Below, piece by piece: positions 11,281 through 19,482 of a stretch of 64,000 nt of DNA (the first letter of the stretch is position 1; each line of letters opens with the position of its first letter). Below the pieces are notes generated by a model that was given only the letters and a program-made list of their open reading frames with translations, was not told where the DNA came from and did no database searches. The position numbers and the translations under genes are program-made. Source of the stretch: a plasmid; the NCBI RefSeq assembly GCF_055900595.2, contig NZ_JBVWEU010000002.1; one strand, 5' to 3'.

Positions 11281-12653
11281 AGCGTGCTCCCTCCGAAGTG
11301 ATAGTTGTTCTGGTAACGACTGAGCATGCGGGCGGAAAGCTGCTGACGCATGTAGCTCATCTGACGATCGACGACCAGCAGCGCATCCTGCTGTACCTGC
11401 ACCTGTGACTGAAACGCCGCAATCTGCCGGGTGGCATCATTCATGTTGTCGTTAATATGTTCGATAACTGCTTCGTCATAATTTCCTGTGGCCACCATCG
11501 CCCGGGCCTGCTGTATCAGCTCCTGAATGTACTGCAGCAGGATGTCGTAACCGATATAGTCCGTCAGCTGGTAAATCATACTGTTGGAAACACCGAGCAT
11601 TTGCGGGTCAACCAGGTATTTGAAGACGGGGATGGTGGTACTGGAAATAAAGCCTTTTTCCTTGTCATCCAGAGGCGTGTCACTGACCGCCTTGTTCTGA
11701 ATGCTGGCCAGAAGTTTAGTAATCTGAGACTTCAGTGCATTATCCCGGCTGATGGTCACCGGTGTGTCTGCCACCACTTTCAGGCATTTATCAGAATCGT
11801 TGCAGTGATAAATTTTTGCTGTGCCGCCTTCCATCATGACCCGGATAATTGAGCGGTCAGTGGTTCTGGCTGACAAGGGTGTGATTTCGCCGTTAGGACC
11901 AAACACCAGTGAGCCGGTCAACGTCATCACAAACTCTTTCAGCTCTTTGTTGCCGTCAAACATTCTGTTTTTGGAAAGCGCATTCCACATGATGTTGATG
12001 TTTTTGGTCACCCGCTCCTTATCCTTGTCGCTGGCTTTATCCCTGACACTGTCAGATTTCCCGCCAACGGTACATCCCTGCCGGGAAGCCGCCCAGTCAG
12101 CAAAAATATTGCTCTCACCGGCAATGTCCTGACAGACTTTCTGCTGGGACACCTGCGTCCGGGGGAAAAGCCCGCCGATAATCCCCTGTGCCGCCTGGCA
12201 GGAACTGAGGTTCATACTGTTAATGTCGCTTGCCATTTTCTGCAGGAAGTCTTTTGCGGTTTTGATTTCCGGCACCGTTGTCTGCAGGGCAAGGTCAAAA
12301 AAGTAACCGGCAGCATTGCTCATAATCTGCTTAACAAAACGCTGCAGCTGCTCGCCATTAATAAAACTGAACGAGCCGAGATAAGCGTCGATGCCGCCAC
12401 ATCCGGCATTGATATCCGGCAGCGTCATGGAAATCAGCTGAACATTTTTGACCTGAGTACGGGCATACAGGGAGCCACCGTAAGCATAACCGGCGGCCTG
12501 CCCCTGCCAGACGCCCGGCTGTGTGGTATTGGAGGCGAAGCCCAGCTTGTTAAAGAACTGATTCATGTCGCTGTTCACATCCGCTGACGCTGCGGGTGTG
12601 ACCGTCAGTAAAGCAGCACAAAGAACCAGAAGAGGTTTAATGCGTGGCATCAT
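11277..12653 (-). CDS. traH: TraH pilus assembly protein (458 aa, signal peptide)
   Basis: Size identical to F TraH. Synteny traH then traG, with 4-nt overlap. Confidence 0.93.
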   Translation of the reverse strand: MMPRIKPLLVLCAALLTVTPAASADVNSDMNQFFNKLGFASNTTQPGVWQGQAAGYAYGGSLYARTQVKNVQLISMTLPDINAGCGGIDAYLGSFSFINGEQLQRFVKQIMSNAAGYFFDLALQTTVPEIKTAKDFLQKMASDINSMNLSSCQAAQGIIGGLFPRTQVSQQKVCQDIAGESNIFADWAASRQGCTVGGKSDSVRDKASDKDKERVTKNINIMWNALSKNRMFDGNKELKEFVMTLTGSLVFGPNGEITPLSARTTDRSIIRVMMEGGTAKIYHCNDSDKCLKVVADTPVTISRDNALKSQITKLLASIQNKAVSDTPLDDKEKGFISSTTIPVFKYLVDPQMLGVSNSMIYQLTDYIGYDILLQYIQELIQQARAMVATGNYDEAVIEHINDNMNDATRQIAAFQSQVQVQQDALLVVDRQMSYMRQQLSARMLSRYQNNYHFGGSTL

Positions 12654-13045
12654 TCTTGCCCTCCCTTAATTTGTTCTCCCGGCGCATACGACATTTCAGC
12701 AGGAATATCCCGATATTTCCGTCCAGTCCTGCGGCTGTAATATATTTCAGACACCGAAATCCATCCCACAATTGCCCCCACAAAAAACACAACAGAAACA
12801 GAAAAGGTAAGGCACAGCGAAACGACAATTTCTACAGGGCTGGCGGGATAAAAAAGCCCCTGATGGATAAAGGGGATATTCAGGCTGACGATTATTCCCG
12901 TCGCGATGCCGGATATTCCGGCAATGAGTAACACCACCTGCTTATTTCGCACCTTTTTTTCCTCCGTACATCTGCAGAACGGTATCCATCCGCGCCATAA
13001 AACCGGCGGCATCCGTTGCCCCCTGTAAAAGCGGTAATGCCTCAA
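12650..13045 (-). CDS. trbF: Small membrane protein in the TrbF/TrbJ position (131-aa ORF)
   Basis: Position between trbB and traH. Size close to F TrbF (~126 aa). Overlaps the 3' end of trbB. No separate trbJ ORF of 60 aa or more was seen. Confidence 0.5.
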   Translation of the reverse strand: MRHYRFYRGQRMPPVLWRGWIPFCRCTEEKKVRNKQVVLLIAGISGIATGIIVSLNIPFIHQGLFYPASPVEIVVSLCLTFSVSVVFFVGAIVGWISVSEIYYSRRTGRKYRDIPAEMSYAPGEQIKGGQE

Positions 13046-13487
13046 GCGTGTTGACGTTGACCAGGAAGGTGGTCGGTGTGGCCACCGGGATATTCGGGAA
13101 GAAGGTCTGCATCACGTCCGGTGGCACCGGTAATGCTTCCGGAAAGGCGGTATCCCCCTGACCATCCAGGGTGTAGGGAAAAACGGAAAAGCCGTACTGC
13201 TGTGCCAACTGCTTCAGTACCGGGTCAAACTGGTGACAGTAAGGGCAATGCCCCTGCATAAACAGCACCACCTTCCAGTCGGCCAGGTTAACCTGCCTGC
13301 CGTTGCTGAGGCGGAACCAGCGGGGGGCCGGCTTTTCTGTCCTGGCTGACGTGTCTGCTGCCGGTTGTGCAGGCTGCGCGGCCATACCCTGCGGATTCCA
13401 GAGTCGCTCTATTTCATCCCGGGTGGAGGCCTGCACACCTGTGGCCATCATCAACAAAATGACCGGCAGTAAGTTAGTGAGAGACAT
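12942..13487 (-). CDS. trbB: TrbB periplasmic thioredoxin-fold disulfide isomerase (181 aa)
   Basis: CxxC motif (GHCPYCHQ), signal peptide, size equals F TrbB. Confidence 0.87.
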   Translation of the reverse strand: MSLTNLLPVILLMMATGVQASTRDEIERLWNPQGMAAQPAQPAADTSARTEKPAPRWFRLSNGRQVNLADWKVVLFMQGHCPYCHQFDPVLKQLAQQYGFSVFPYTLDGQGDTAFPEALPVPPDVMQTFFPNIPVATPTTFLVNVNTLEALPLLQGATDAAGFMARMDTVLQMYGGKKGAK

Positions 13488-13758
13488 GTCCGCCCTCCTG
13501 CTGCTCTGCCATCATGGCCTGTTGCCTGGCTTCCAGTGCCTCACGCTCTTCCCGGCTGACACGGGCAATCCATGCATCCAGCACCTGGTATGCGCCGAAC
13601 AGCACAAGGATGGCCGCAATCAACTCCGCCAGAAAAAAAGCCATCCAGGGTTTGCTGTAAACAAGACGGGCGACGATATGAAACCAGACACCCAGGGAAA
13701 ATACCCACATTCCCGTAATATCAAGCCGGGGTAAAGAGAATCTGCGTTTACTTATCAT
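13474..13758 (-). CDS. traQ: TraQ pilin chaperone (94 aa)
   Basis: Size equals F TraQ. Membrane helix plus charged C-terminus. Synteny. Confidence 0.85.
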   Translation of the reverse strand: MISKRRFSLPRLDITGMWVFSLGVWFHIVARLVYSKPWMAFFLAELIAAILVLFGAYQVLDAWIARVSREEREALEARQQAMMAEQQEGGHVSH

Positions 13759-13876
13759 GTTAAACTCCGGTTATTATTTACATGAGAGTATTTATGTCTG
13801 TAATATTCGCGTTTGTGTGATATTAATCAGATCAACCTCATTATTTTGTATGGTTTTTATTACCGTTTTATATGAC

Positions 13877-14224
13877 TTAGCCTGTCATAAGCCCCCTTAT
13901 AAAAAACCACATCACTCCGGACCATACTGATGACAACATAATACAGATAAATATTCTTCTGAACCCGTCGAAGCTCGTAACGTTCGGTAATGAGCCAATA
14001 ACCATTGGAACAACCATTGCTGCGCCCTGATTCATAATTGCACCACACAGAAACCAGAGACTGGCAGTCAGCACATATAAACACGCGATATTAATAACAA
14101 GGAAAACCAGTGAGCTCAGGAGAAACATTTTCCTGTCATTACGCTCAGAAAAGAAATAACCGGCAATAATGACAAATATTAACAGAACAACACCTGTAAA
14201 CAGTTTCAAATAATCTTCACTCAT
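13877..14224 (-). CDS. trbA: TrbA inner-membrane protein (115 aa)
   Basis: Size equals F TrbA. Hydrophobic. Position between traF and traQ. Confidence 0.75.
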   Translation of the reverse strand: MSEDYLKLFTGVVLLIFVIIAGYFFSERNDRKMFLLSSLVFLVINIACLYVLTASLWFLCGAIMNQGAAMVVPMVIGSLPNVTSFDGFRRIFICIMLSSVWSGVMWFFIRGLMTG

Positions 14225-14239
14225 AAATCAAATCCGCGA

Positions 14240-14983
14240 TTAAAAATTGGGTTTAAAATCTTCAGAAACGTTCAGGAATTGTTTTGCCAGGTCGTCCTGC
14301 GAAATAAAGCCGTATGATAACGGGCGAACACTGCCCTGTTTCGGGTCAACCAGCATCATGGCCGGGAAATATTTCACGCCGAGGCGCTGCGCCTGCCCCT
14401 GGTCAGTCCGGGAATCCGGCAACAGCGGATTAATCACACCATCCACGGAAACGGGAATAACACTCAGACCATAGGTATCCCTGAAGCCATTAATGACCTG
14501 CGCCAGCTGCCCGTCGATGGGGTCCTGCCCCCGGTAAAAGAACATGATGCCGTAGTGTTCAGCCAGTTTCGCAATGGCCTGTCGCTGCTGCACCTGGTCT
14601 GCCGCCAGCTGGTTCCGGACCGTGCCGTTGTAATGGCTGTACTGCAGGTTATAGTCCAGTTCGGGATGCGCCAGCATGGCTTTTTTGGCGCTCATGGTGA
14701 AAAGCCCGGCCTGCTGAGTCCAGTAATTCTGCAGCCGGAAATATTTCACAAAATTATCCACGCCGGGATACAGAATGGCTTCGTACAGCGCCCGCTTTGT
14801 TGCCGTCTGCAGTGCGGCCAGTTTCTGCATAATGTCCGGCTCCTGACGGGGGGCTGCAGGTACTGGTTTATTTTCTTTTTCCTTCGGATTTATTTTCTCG
14901 TTATACCACTGCCAGCCTGCATCTTTTCCTGACGCCGGAAAAATAAAGCAGCAGAGTAACAGTGGCAGTAATGCTTTATTCAT
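14240..14983 (-). CDS. traF: TraF pilus assembly protein, thioredoxin-like fold (247 aa from MNKALLPLLL)
   Basis: ORF 14240..15013. Start trimmed to the Met giving the F TraF length and a signal peptide. Confidence 0.9.
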   Translation of the reverse strand: MNKALLPLLLCCFIFPASGKDAGWQWYNEKINPKEKENKPVPAAPRQEPDIMQKLAALQTATKRALYEAILYPGVDNFVKYFRLQNYWTQQAGLFTMSAKKAMLAHPELDYNLQYSHYNGTVRNQLAADQVQQRQAIAKLAEHYGIMFFYRGQDPIDGQLAQVINGFRDTYGLSVIPVSVDGVINPLLPDSRTDQGQAQRLGVKYFPAMMLVDPKQGSVRPLSYGFISQDDLAKQFLNVSEDFKPNF

Positions 14984-15203
14984 CTTCATTCCTTTCATCA
15001 CTTTTTCTTTCATCAGGTTTCTGCAGGTCAGTCAGGGCAGAAAAACAAAAATACAGAATAAACAGGAGCACACCGGAGTAAAAAATAACGAAAGCAGCAG
15101 CAAGTATCTCACCTGCAGTGGTTTCTTTTACCGTATCCCACGACCAGATAATTACCGGGGAAATGACAATCGCTGTAATCAAAAGCCGGATGCGTATTCT
15201 CAT
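14976..15203 (-). CDS. trbE: TrbE small membrane protein, probably 5'-truncated (75 aa versus ~86 aa in F)
   Basis: Hydrophobic small ORF overlapping the traF start. Its ATG directly abuts the IS-type terminal motif at 15203, and an in-frame stop lies 4 codons upstream. Confidence 0.6.
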   Translation of the reverse strand: MRIRIRLLITAIVISPVIIWSWDTVKETTAGEILAAAFVIFYSGVLLFILYFCFSALTDLQKPDERKSDERNEDE

Positions 15204-15290
15204 GAAAGGAGATCACTCAATAACTTCCATCGAGATCGGGTAATAACGGCGTTTTTCAAGGTAGTTGTCGCCTTTTGTAATAAAATTACG

Positions 15291-16196
15291 TTATGCCGCT
15301 TCTTTTTCTGGATTCAGATAAACTGCCTGAATGAGTTCCCAGTCACGCAACTGTTTGCTCCAGCGCTCAGGATGACGTTTGCGAGCTTCGCGATAAACTT
15401 TTTTTCTGGCTTCCAGTATTTGTGCGTCAATTCCGCGATGGCGTTCATCCGGAGTAACATACTTAATACCGCTGTGCTTGTGTTCCAGGTTGTACCATCG
15501 CGTGAACTTGCTTAACCAACTTCTGGCTTCATCTATGGTTCGAAAACCATTCTCTGGCCACCATGGACAATACTTAATCGTCCGGAAGAGCGATTCGGAA
15601 TAAGGGTTATCATTGCTGACCCGGGGACGGGAATAAGAACTTAATACGCCAAGCGCGTACATTTTTGCCAGTAACGTACAACTGCGCATTGGTCCTCCGT
15701 TATCAGAATGAAGCACGAGATTGCGGGATGAACATTTTTCATTCCATACAGCACGTTGAAGCAGTTCTGCCGCATACTGCCCAGATTCTTTCGTAAATAC
15801 TTCGGCAGCAATAATTTTTCGGCTATAAATATCGACGATCATATAGAGATAAAAATGCTGCCCCTTAACCCACGATGGGATATAACTAATATCCCAGCTC
15901 CACACCTGGTTGGGGGCTACAGCTTTGAGTACTTCAGGCCGCTTATATTGGTGTTCACGGGTTCTCCTTGTCAGTTGGTTAGCTGATTTTAATACGCGAT
16001 AAAAAGTTGATTCTGACGCGATATAAACCCCTCTGTCGGCAAGAGTCGGAACAATAATATTCGGAGACAATGATGCAAACTCCGGAGAATTGCATACATC
16101 AAGTATTCTTAATCTTTCTGTTTCTGACAGTTTATTCCCCGGGGTACGCCTTGATGCACCTGGTCTCTGATCTGTATGAACCACACCACCCTGCAT
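15291..16196 (-). CDS. IS3-family transposase OrfB (DDE/rve integrase core, 301 aa)
   Basis: Motifs WSWDISYIP, HSDNGGPM and YSESLFRTIKY (E-x7-K) are typical of IS3-family / retroviral-integrase catalytic domains. Confidence 0.85.
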   Translation of the reverse strand: MQGGVVHTDQRPGASRRTPGNKLSETERLRILDVCNSPEFASLSPNIIVPTLADRGVYIASESTFYRVLKSANQLTRRTREHQYKRPEVLKAVAPNQVWSWDISYIPSWVKGQHFYLYMIVDIYSRKIIAAEVFTKESGQYAAELLQRAVWNEKCSSRNLVLHSDNGGPMRSCTLLAKMYALGVLSSYSRPRVSNDNPYSESLFRTIKYCPWWPENGFRTIDEARSWLSKFTRWYNLEHKHSGIKYVTPDERHRGIDAQILEARKKVYREARKRHPERWSKQLRDWELIQAVYLNPEKEAA

Positions 16197-16315
16197 CCAA
16201 CGTTGAAGTGTTCTGACTGAAATACCAATACACTGGCAGGCTTGTGTTTTTCTCGCTCCTGAACTGACAGCCTCGCTGACCAGATTAATAATCTTCTGCC
16301 GCTCTGGAAGAGGAG

Positions 16316-16861
16316 TCAGCCTTCCTCGCTGTTGTCCCAGAGGGCATTGAACTTTTCCCTTAACATCAAAAGAGCAGCTGCTTCCGCCAGAGCTTTATCT
16401 TTACGGAGAAGTTCTTTTTCCAGTTCCCGTAACTGGGTCTTTGCTTCGCGTAATTCTTTATCAGCACGGCGACTTTCTGCCATTTTCATTTCATGAGCCT
16501 GAATGGATATAGCTCTCCATTCTTTAACTTGCTCAACAAATAACCCCATTCTCCGACAATAATCAGCCAGTTCCATTTCAGATAATGTTGCAGTTTCAAT
16601 TACAACAGAAAATCGTCGCTCCGGTGTCCATTCATTTCCATCGACAGAAGATATTTTTTCATTTTCAGGTAACAGGCCTTGTTGCACCAGTTCAAGTCTC
16701 CATCTTGCTATTACTGAAGGGCTCAGGTCCAGTTTACGAGCAATATGCCGTATGGACCAACTATAAGGTGGTAATAACCAGGTAACACCTTGTTCTTTTA
16801 TATCAATTGGTACTGCATGTGCGGGCATAGTCTCTCTCCTGTGTAAAAATCTAGGCGACAA
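16316..16861 (-). CDS. IS3-family transposase OrfA (HTH DNA-binding, leucine-zipper-like C-terminus)
   Basis: Immediately upstream of orfB in a different frame. The 120-nt gap between orfA stop and the first orfB ATG may indicate a frameshift-fusion arrangement or decay. Confidence 0.7.
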   Translation of the reverse strand: MSPRFLHRRETMPAHAVPIDIKEQGVTWLLPPYSWSIRHIARKLDLSPSVIARWRLELVQQGLLPENEKISSVDGNEWTPERRFSVVIETATLSEMELADYCRRMGLFVEQVKEWRAISIQAHEMKMAESRRADKELREAKTQLRELEKELLRKDKALAEAAALLMLREKFNALWDNSEEG

Positions 16862-17020
16862 CTATGCTGACACAGGGGGATAACATTTGAACAGATCGCT
16901 GAATAACATCGATGGAGATCACTTTTGACTCATTTTGTTATTCAGTGATCTCCATCAATGTTATTGGAACTTCACAGGTGTGTTGATCTGTATCTTTTGC
17001 CATTCCGGTAAAGGATACCT

Positions 17021-18562
17021 ATGCCAACAGTTCCAATTTCTATGAGAAAACTTAAAGAAATTCTTAGGCTTAAATACGGTGTTGGACTCAGCCATCGACA
17101 AATTGGTCGTAGTCTTGCAATCTCCCCTTCCGTTGTATCCAGATATGCTAATCGGGCGGCTCAACTTGGCATAAAGCAGTGGCCCTTACCTACAGGATGG
17201 GATGATACAAAACTAAAACATGCGTTCCTTCAGACCCAGGTTAAGATGAAGAAGCACTCTCTGCCTGACTGGGCTACAGTACACCGGGAACTGCGTAATA
17301 AATGCGTGACGCTGCAGCTACTCTGGGAAGAATACTGTGAGCGTAATCCAGGCGGTTTTTACAGCTATAACCATTACTGCCGGATGTACCGTGAATGGCT
17401 CAAAACCACTTCACCATCAATGCGTCAGGTACATAAAGCTGGCGAAAAACTTTTCGTTGATTACTGTGGACCTACCGTTGGCGTTACCGACCCTGAGACC
17501 GGAGAAATAAGAACTGCTCAGGTCATCGTAGCTGTTCTCGGGGCATCAAGTTACACATGGGCAGAGGCCACCTGGTCTCAGCAGCTTGAAGACTGGGTGA
17601 TGAGTCATGTTCGCTGCTTCCAGTGGTTGGGTGGCGTTCCTGAACTTGTTGTTCCGGACAATCTGAAAAGCGCCACATCCAGGGCATGTAAGTATGATCC
17701 TGACGTTAACCCTACCTACCAGCAGATGCTTGAGCATTATAATGTCGCAGTTTTGCCTGCGCGGCCACGTAAACCGAAAGATAAAGCCAAAGCTGAAGTT
17801 GGCGTTCAGGTTGTTGAACGCTGGATCATGGCCCGAATCAGGCATGAGATCTTCTACAGCCTTGCATCGCTTAATCAGCGCATTCGGGAGTTGCTGGAAA
17901 GACTGAATAACAAAATAATGCAGAAGTTGGGTTATTCACGTGCAGAACTCTTCATCCAGCTTGATAAACCCGCACTGAAGCCTCTTCCTGAAGCCAGTTA
18001 CAGTTACACCCTGGTGAAGAAAGTCAGAGTTCATGCCGATTACCACGTGGAAATCGACAAACATTACTACTCGGTTCCATGTTCGCTGTTAGGCCAGCAA
18101 CTGGAAGCATGGATCTCCGGAGAACTGGTAAGACTCTTCAATCAGGGGCAGGAGGTTGCTGTGCACCCGCGCAAGCGTACTTATGGCTACAGTACCCGCA
18201 ACGAGCACATGCCTGAAGCTCATCGACAGCATGCCACCTGGACGCCAGAGCGTCTTCTGGAATGGGCGGGGCACATAGGCAGTGAAACTCATAGTTATGT
18301 GCTTCATATACTGAACTCTCGTCCACATCCGGAACAAAGCTATCGCTTCTGCCTTGGACTCCTGAACCTTCATAAAAAATACAGTAAAGCCAGACTTAAT
18401 GCAGCATGTGCAAGAGCTCTGAAAACAAAGGTATGGCGTCTGTCAGGTATTAAATCGATCCTGGAAAAAGGTCTGGATAAACAACCTGTTCAGGATCCAA
18501 AACCAGATCTGTTATCCACGATGGAACACGAAAACGTACGCGGCAGTGAGTATTACCACTGA
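17021..18562 (+). CDS. istA: IS21-family transposase IstA (513 aa)
   Basis: N-terminal HTH plus DDE core typical of IstA. Followed 11 nt later by istB. Confidence 0.9.
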   Translation: MPTVPISMRKLKEILRLKYGVGLSHRQIGRSLAISPSVVSRYANRAAQLGIKQWPLPTGWDDTKLKHAFLQTQVKMKKHSLPDWATVHRELRNKCVTLQLLWEEYCERNPGGFYSYNHYCRMYREWLKTTSPSMRQVHKAGEKLFVDYCGPTVGVTDPETGEIRTAQVIVAVLGASSYTWAEATWSQQLEDWVMSHVRCFQWLGGVPELVVPDNLKSATSRACKYDPDVNPTYQQMLEHYNVAVLPARPRKPKDKAKAEVGVQVVERWIMARIRHEIFYSLASLNQRIRELLERLNNKIMQKLGYSRAELFIQLDKPALKPLPEASYSYTLVKKVRVHADYHVEIDKHYYSVPCSLLGQQLEAWISGELVRLFNQGQEVAVHPRKRTYGYSTRNEHMPEAHRQHATWTPERLLEWAGHIGSETHSYVLHILNSRPHPEQSYRFCLGLLNLHKKYSKARLNAACARALKTKVWRLSGIKSILEKGLDKQPVQDPKPDLLSTMEHENVRGSEYYH

Positions 18563-18573
18563 TACGGGATCCA

Positions 18574-19323
18574 ATGATGAATCATCTTTACGAACAACTG
18601 ACCGCACTTAAACTCACCGGCTTCCGTGATGCGCTTAAAAAGCAACTTGCTCAGCCGGGCACATACCAGGAGCTGGGCTTCGAAGAACGCCTGTCATTAC
18701 TGACAGCAGAAGAACTAACCTGCCGTGAAAACAGGAAGGCAGAGCGTCTGATCAAACATGCACGGTTCAGACTTAATGCTGAGTTATCAAAGCTGGATTA
18801 TCGTAACAATAGAGGGCTGGACAGGGCCCTCATCCGTTCACTCAGTCAGGGAAACTGGTTAACCCTGAAACAAAATATTTTACTGACCGGGGCCACCGGC
18901 AGCGGTAAAACGTTCCTGGCATGTGCACTTGGTCATAATGCCTGCCGACAGGGATACAAGGTCTACTATTATCGCCTTAAAGCGCTGATGGAACAGTGCT
19001 ATCAGGGGCATGCTGATGGAAGATACAGCAAACTTTTGACCAGGCTGAATAATAGCGATCTGCTGCTTCTGGATGACTGGGGGCTGGAACCTCTCTCATC
19101 AGAACAGCGTAGCGACCTGCTGGAAATAGTGGATCTGATGTACCAACGAGGCTCAATCATCGTAGTGAGCCAGTTGCCGGTGGAAAACTGGTACAAAATG
19201 ATCGGAGACTCCACACATGCGGATGCCATCCTAGATCGACTGGTTCATGGCAGTATCAAGATCGAACTTAAAGGAGAATCAATGCGGAAAATACAATCTC
19301 CGTTGACCGAAGGAGATCAGTGA
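18574..19323 (+). CDS. istB: IS21-family helper ATPase IstB (249 aa)
   Basis: Walker A LTGATGSGKTF and Walker B LLLLDDWG. DnaC-like AAA+ protein as in IS21 IstB. Confidence 0.9.
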   Translation: MMNHLYEQLTALKLTGFRDALKKQLAQPGTYQELGFEERLSLLTAEELTCRENRKAERLIKHARFRLNAELSKLDYRNNRGLDRALIRSLSQGNWLTLKQNILLTGATGSGKTFLACALGHNACRQGYKVYYYRLKALMEQCYQGHADGRYSKLLTRLNNSDLLLLDDWGLEPLSSEQRSDLLEIVDLMYQRGSIIVVSQLPVENWYKMIGDSTHADAILDRLVHGSIKIELKGESMRKIQSPLTEGDQ

Positions 19324-19482
19324 AGGTAATTTAAAAACGGTTCTGTGAAAGTGACACGAACCGATCTCCATCGATGTTACTCACCGATCTCCTTCACGGT
19401 AATACGCACCGGATAAGAAAATCAATAAAACGGTTCGACGTGAATATGACTTTCATCATTTTCCCCGGTTATTTTCCCTACC

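Larger units (their letters stand above)
15204..16887 (-). mobile_element. IS3-family-like insertion sequence (orfA + orfB); boundaries approximate
   Basis: Two consecutive out-of-frame transposase ORFs with a DDE integrase core. Lies where F has only the short traN-trbE junction. Confidence 0.45.
16888..19395 (+). mobile_element. IS21-family insertion sequence (istA + istB) with imperfect terminal inverted repeats
   Basis: Left end TGAACAGATCGCTGAATAACATCGATGGAGATC (16888-) and right end ...GATCTCCATCGATGTTACTCACCGATCTCCTTCA (to 19395) are inverse complements. istA/istB lie inside. Confidence 0.7.

Noticed and set aside
13303-14474. artA (anti-tra strand gene of F in the trbA-traQ region)
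   Set aside because: No plus-strand ORF of 60 aa or more lies opposite trbA. The plus-strand ORFs nearby (13303..13734, 14247..14474) overlap trbB/traQ or traF and look like antisense artefacts.
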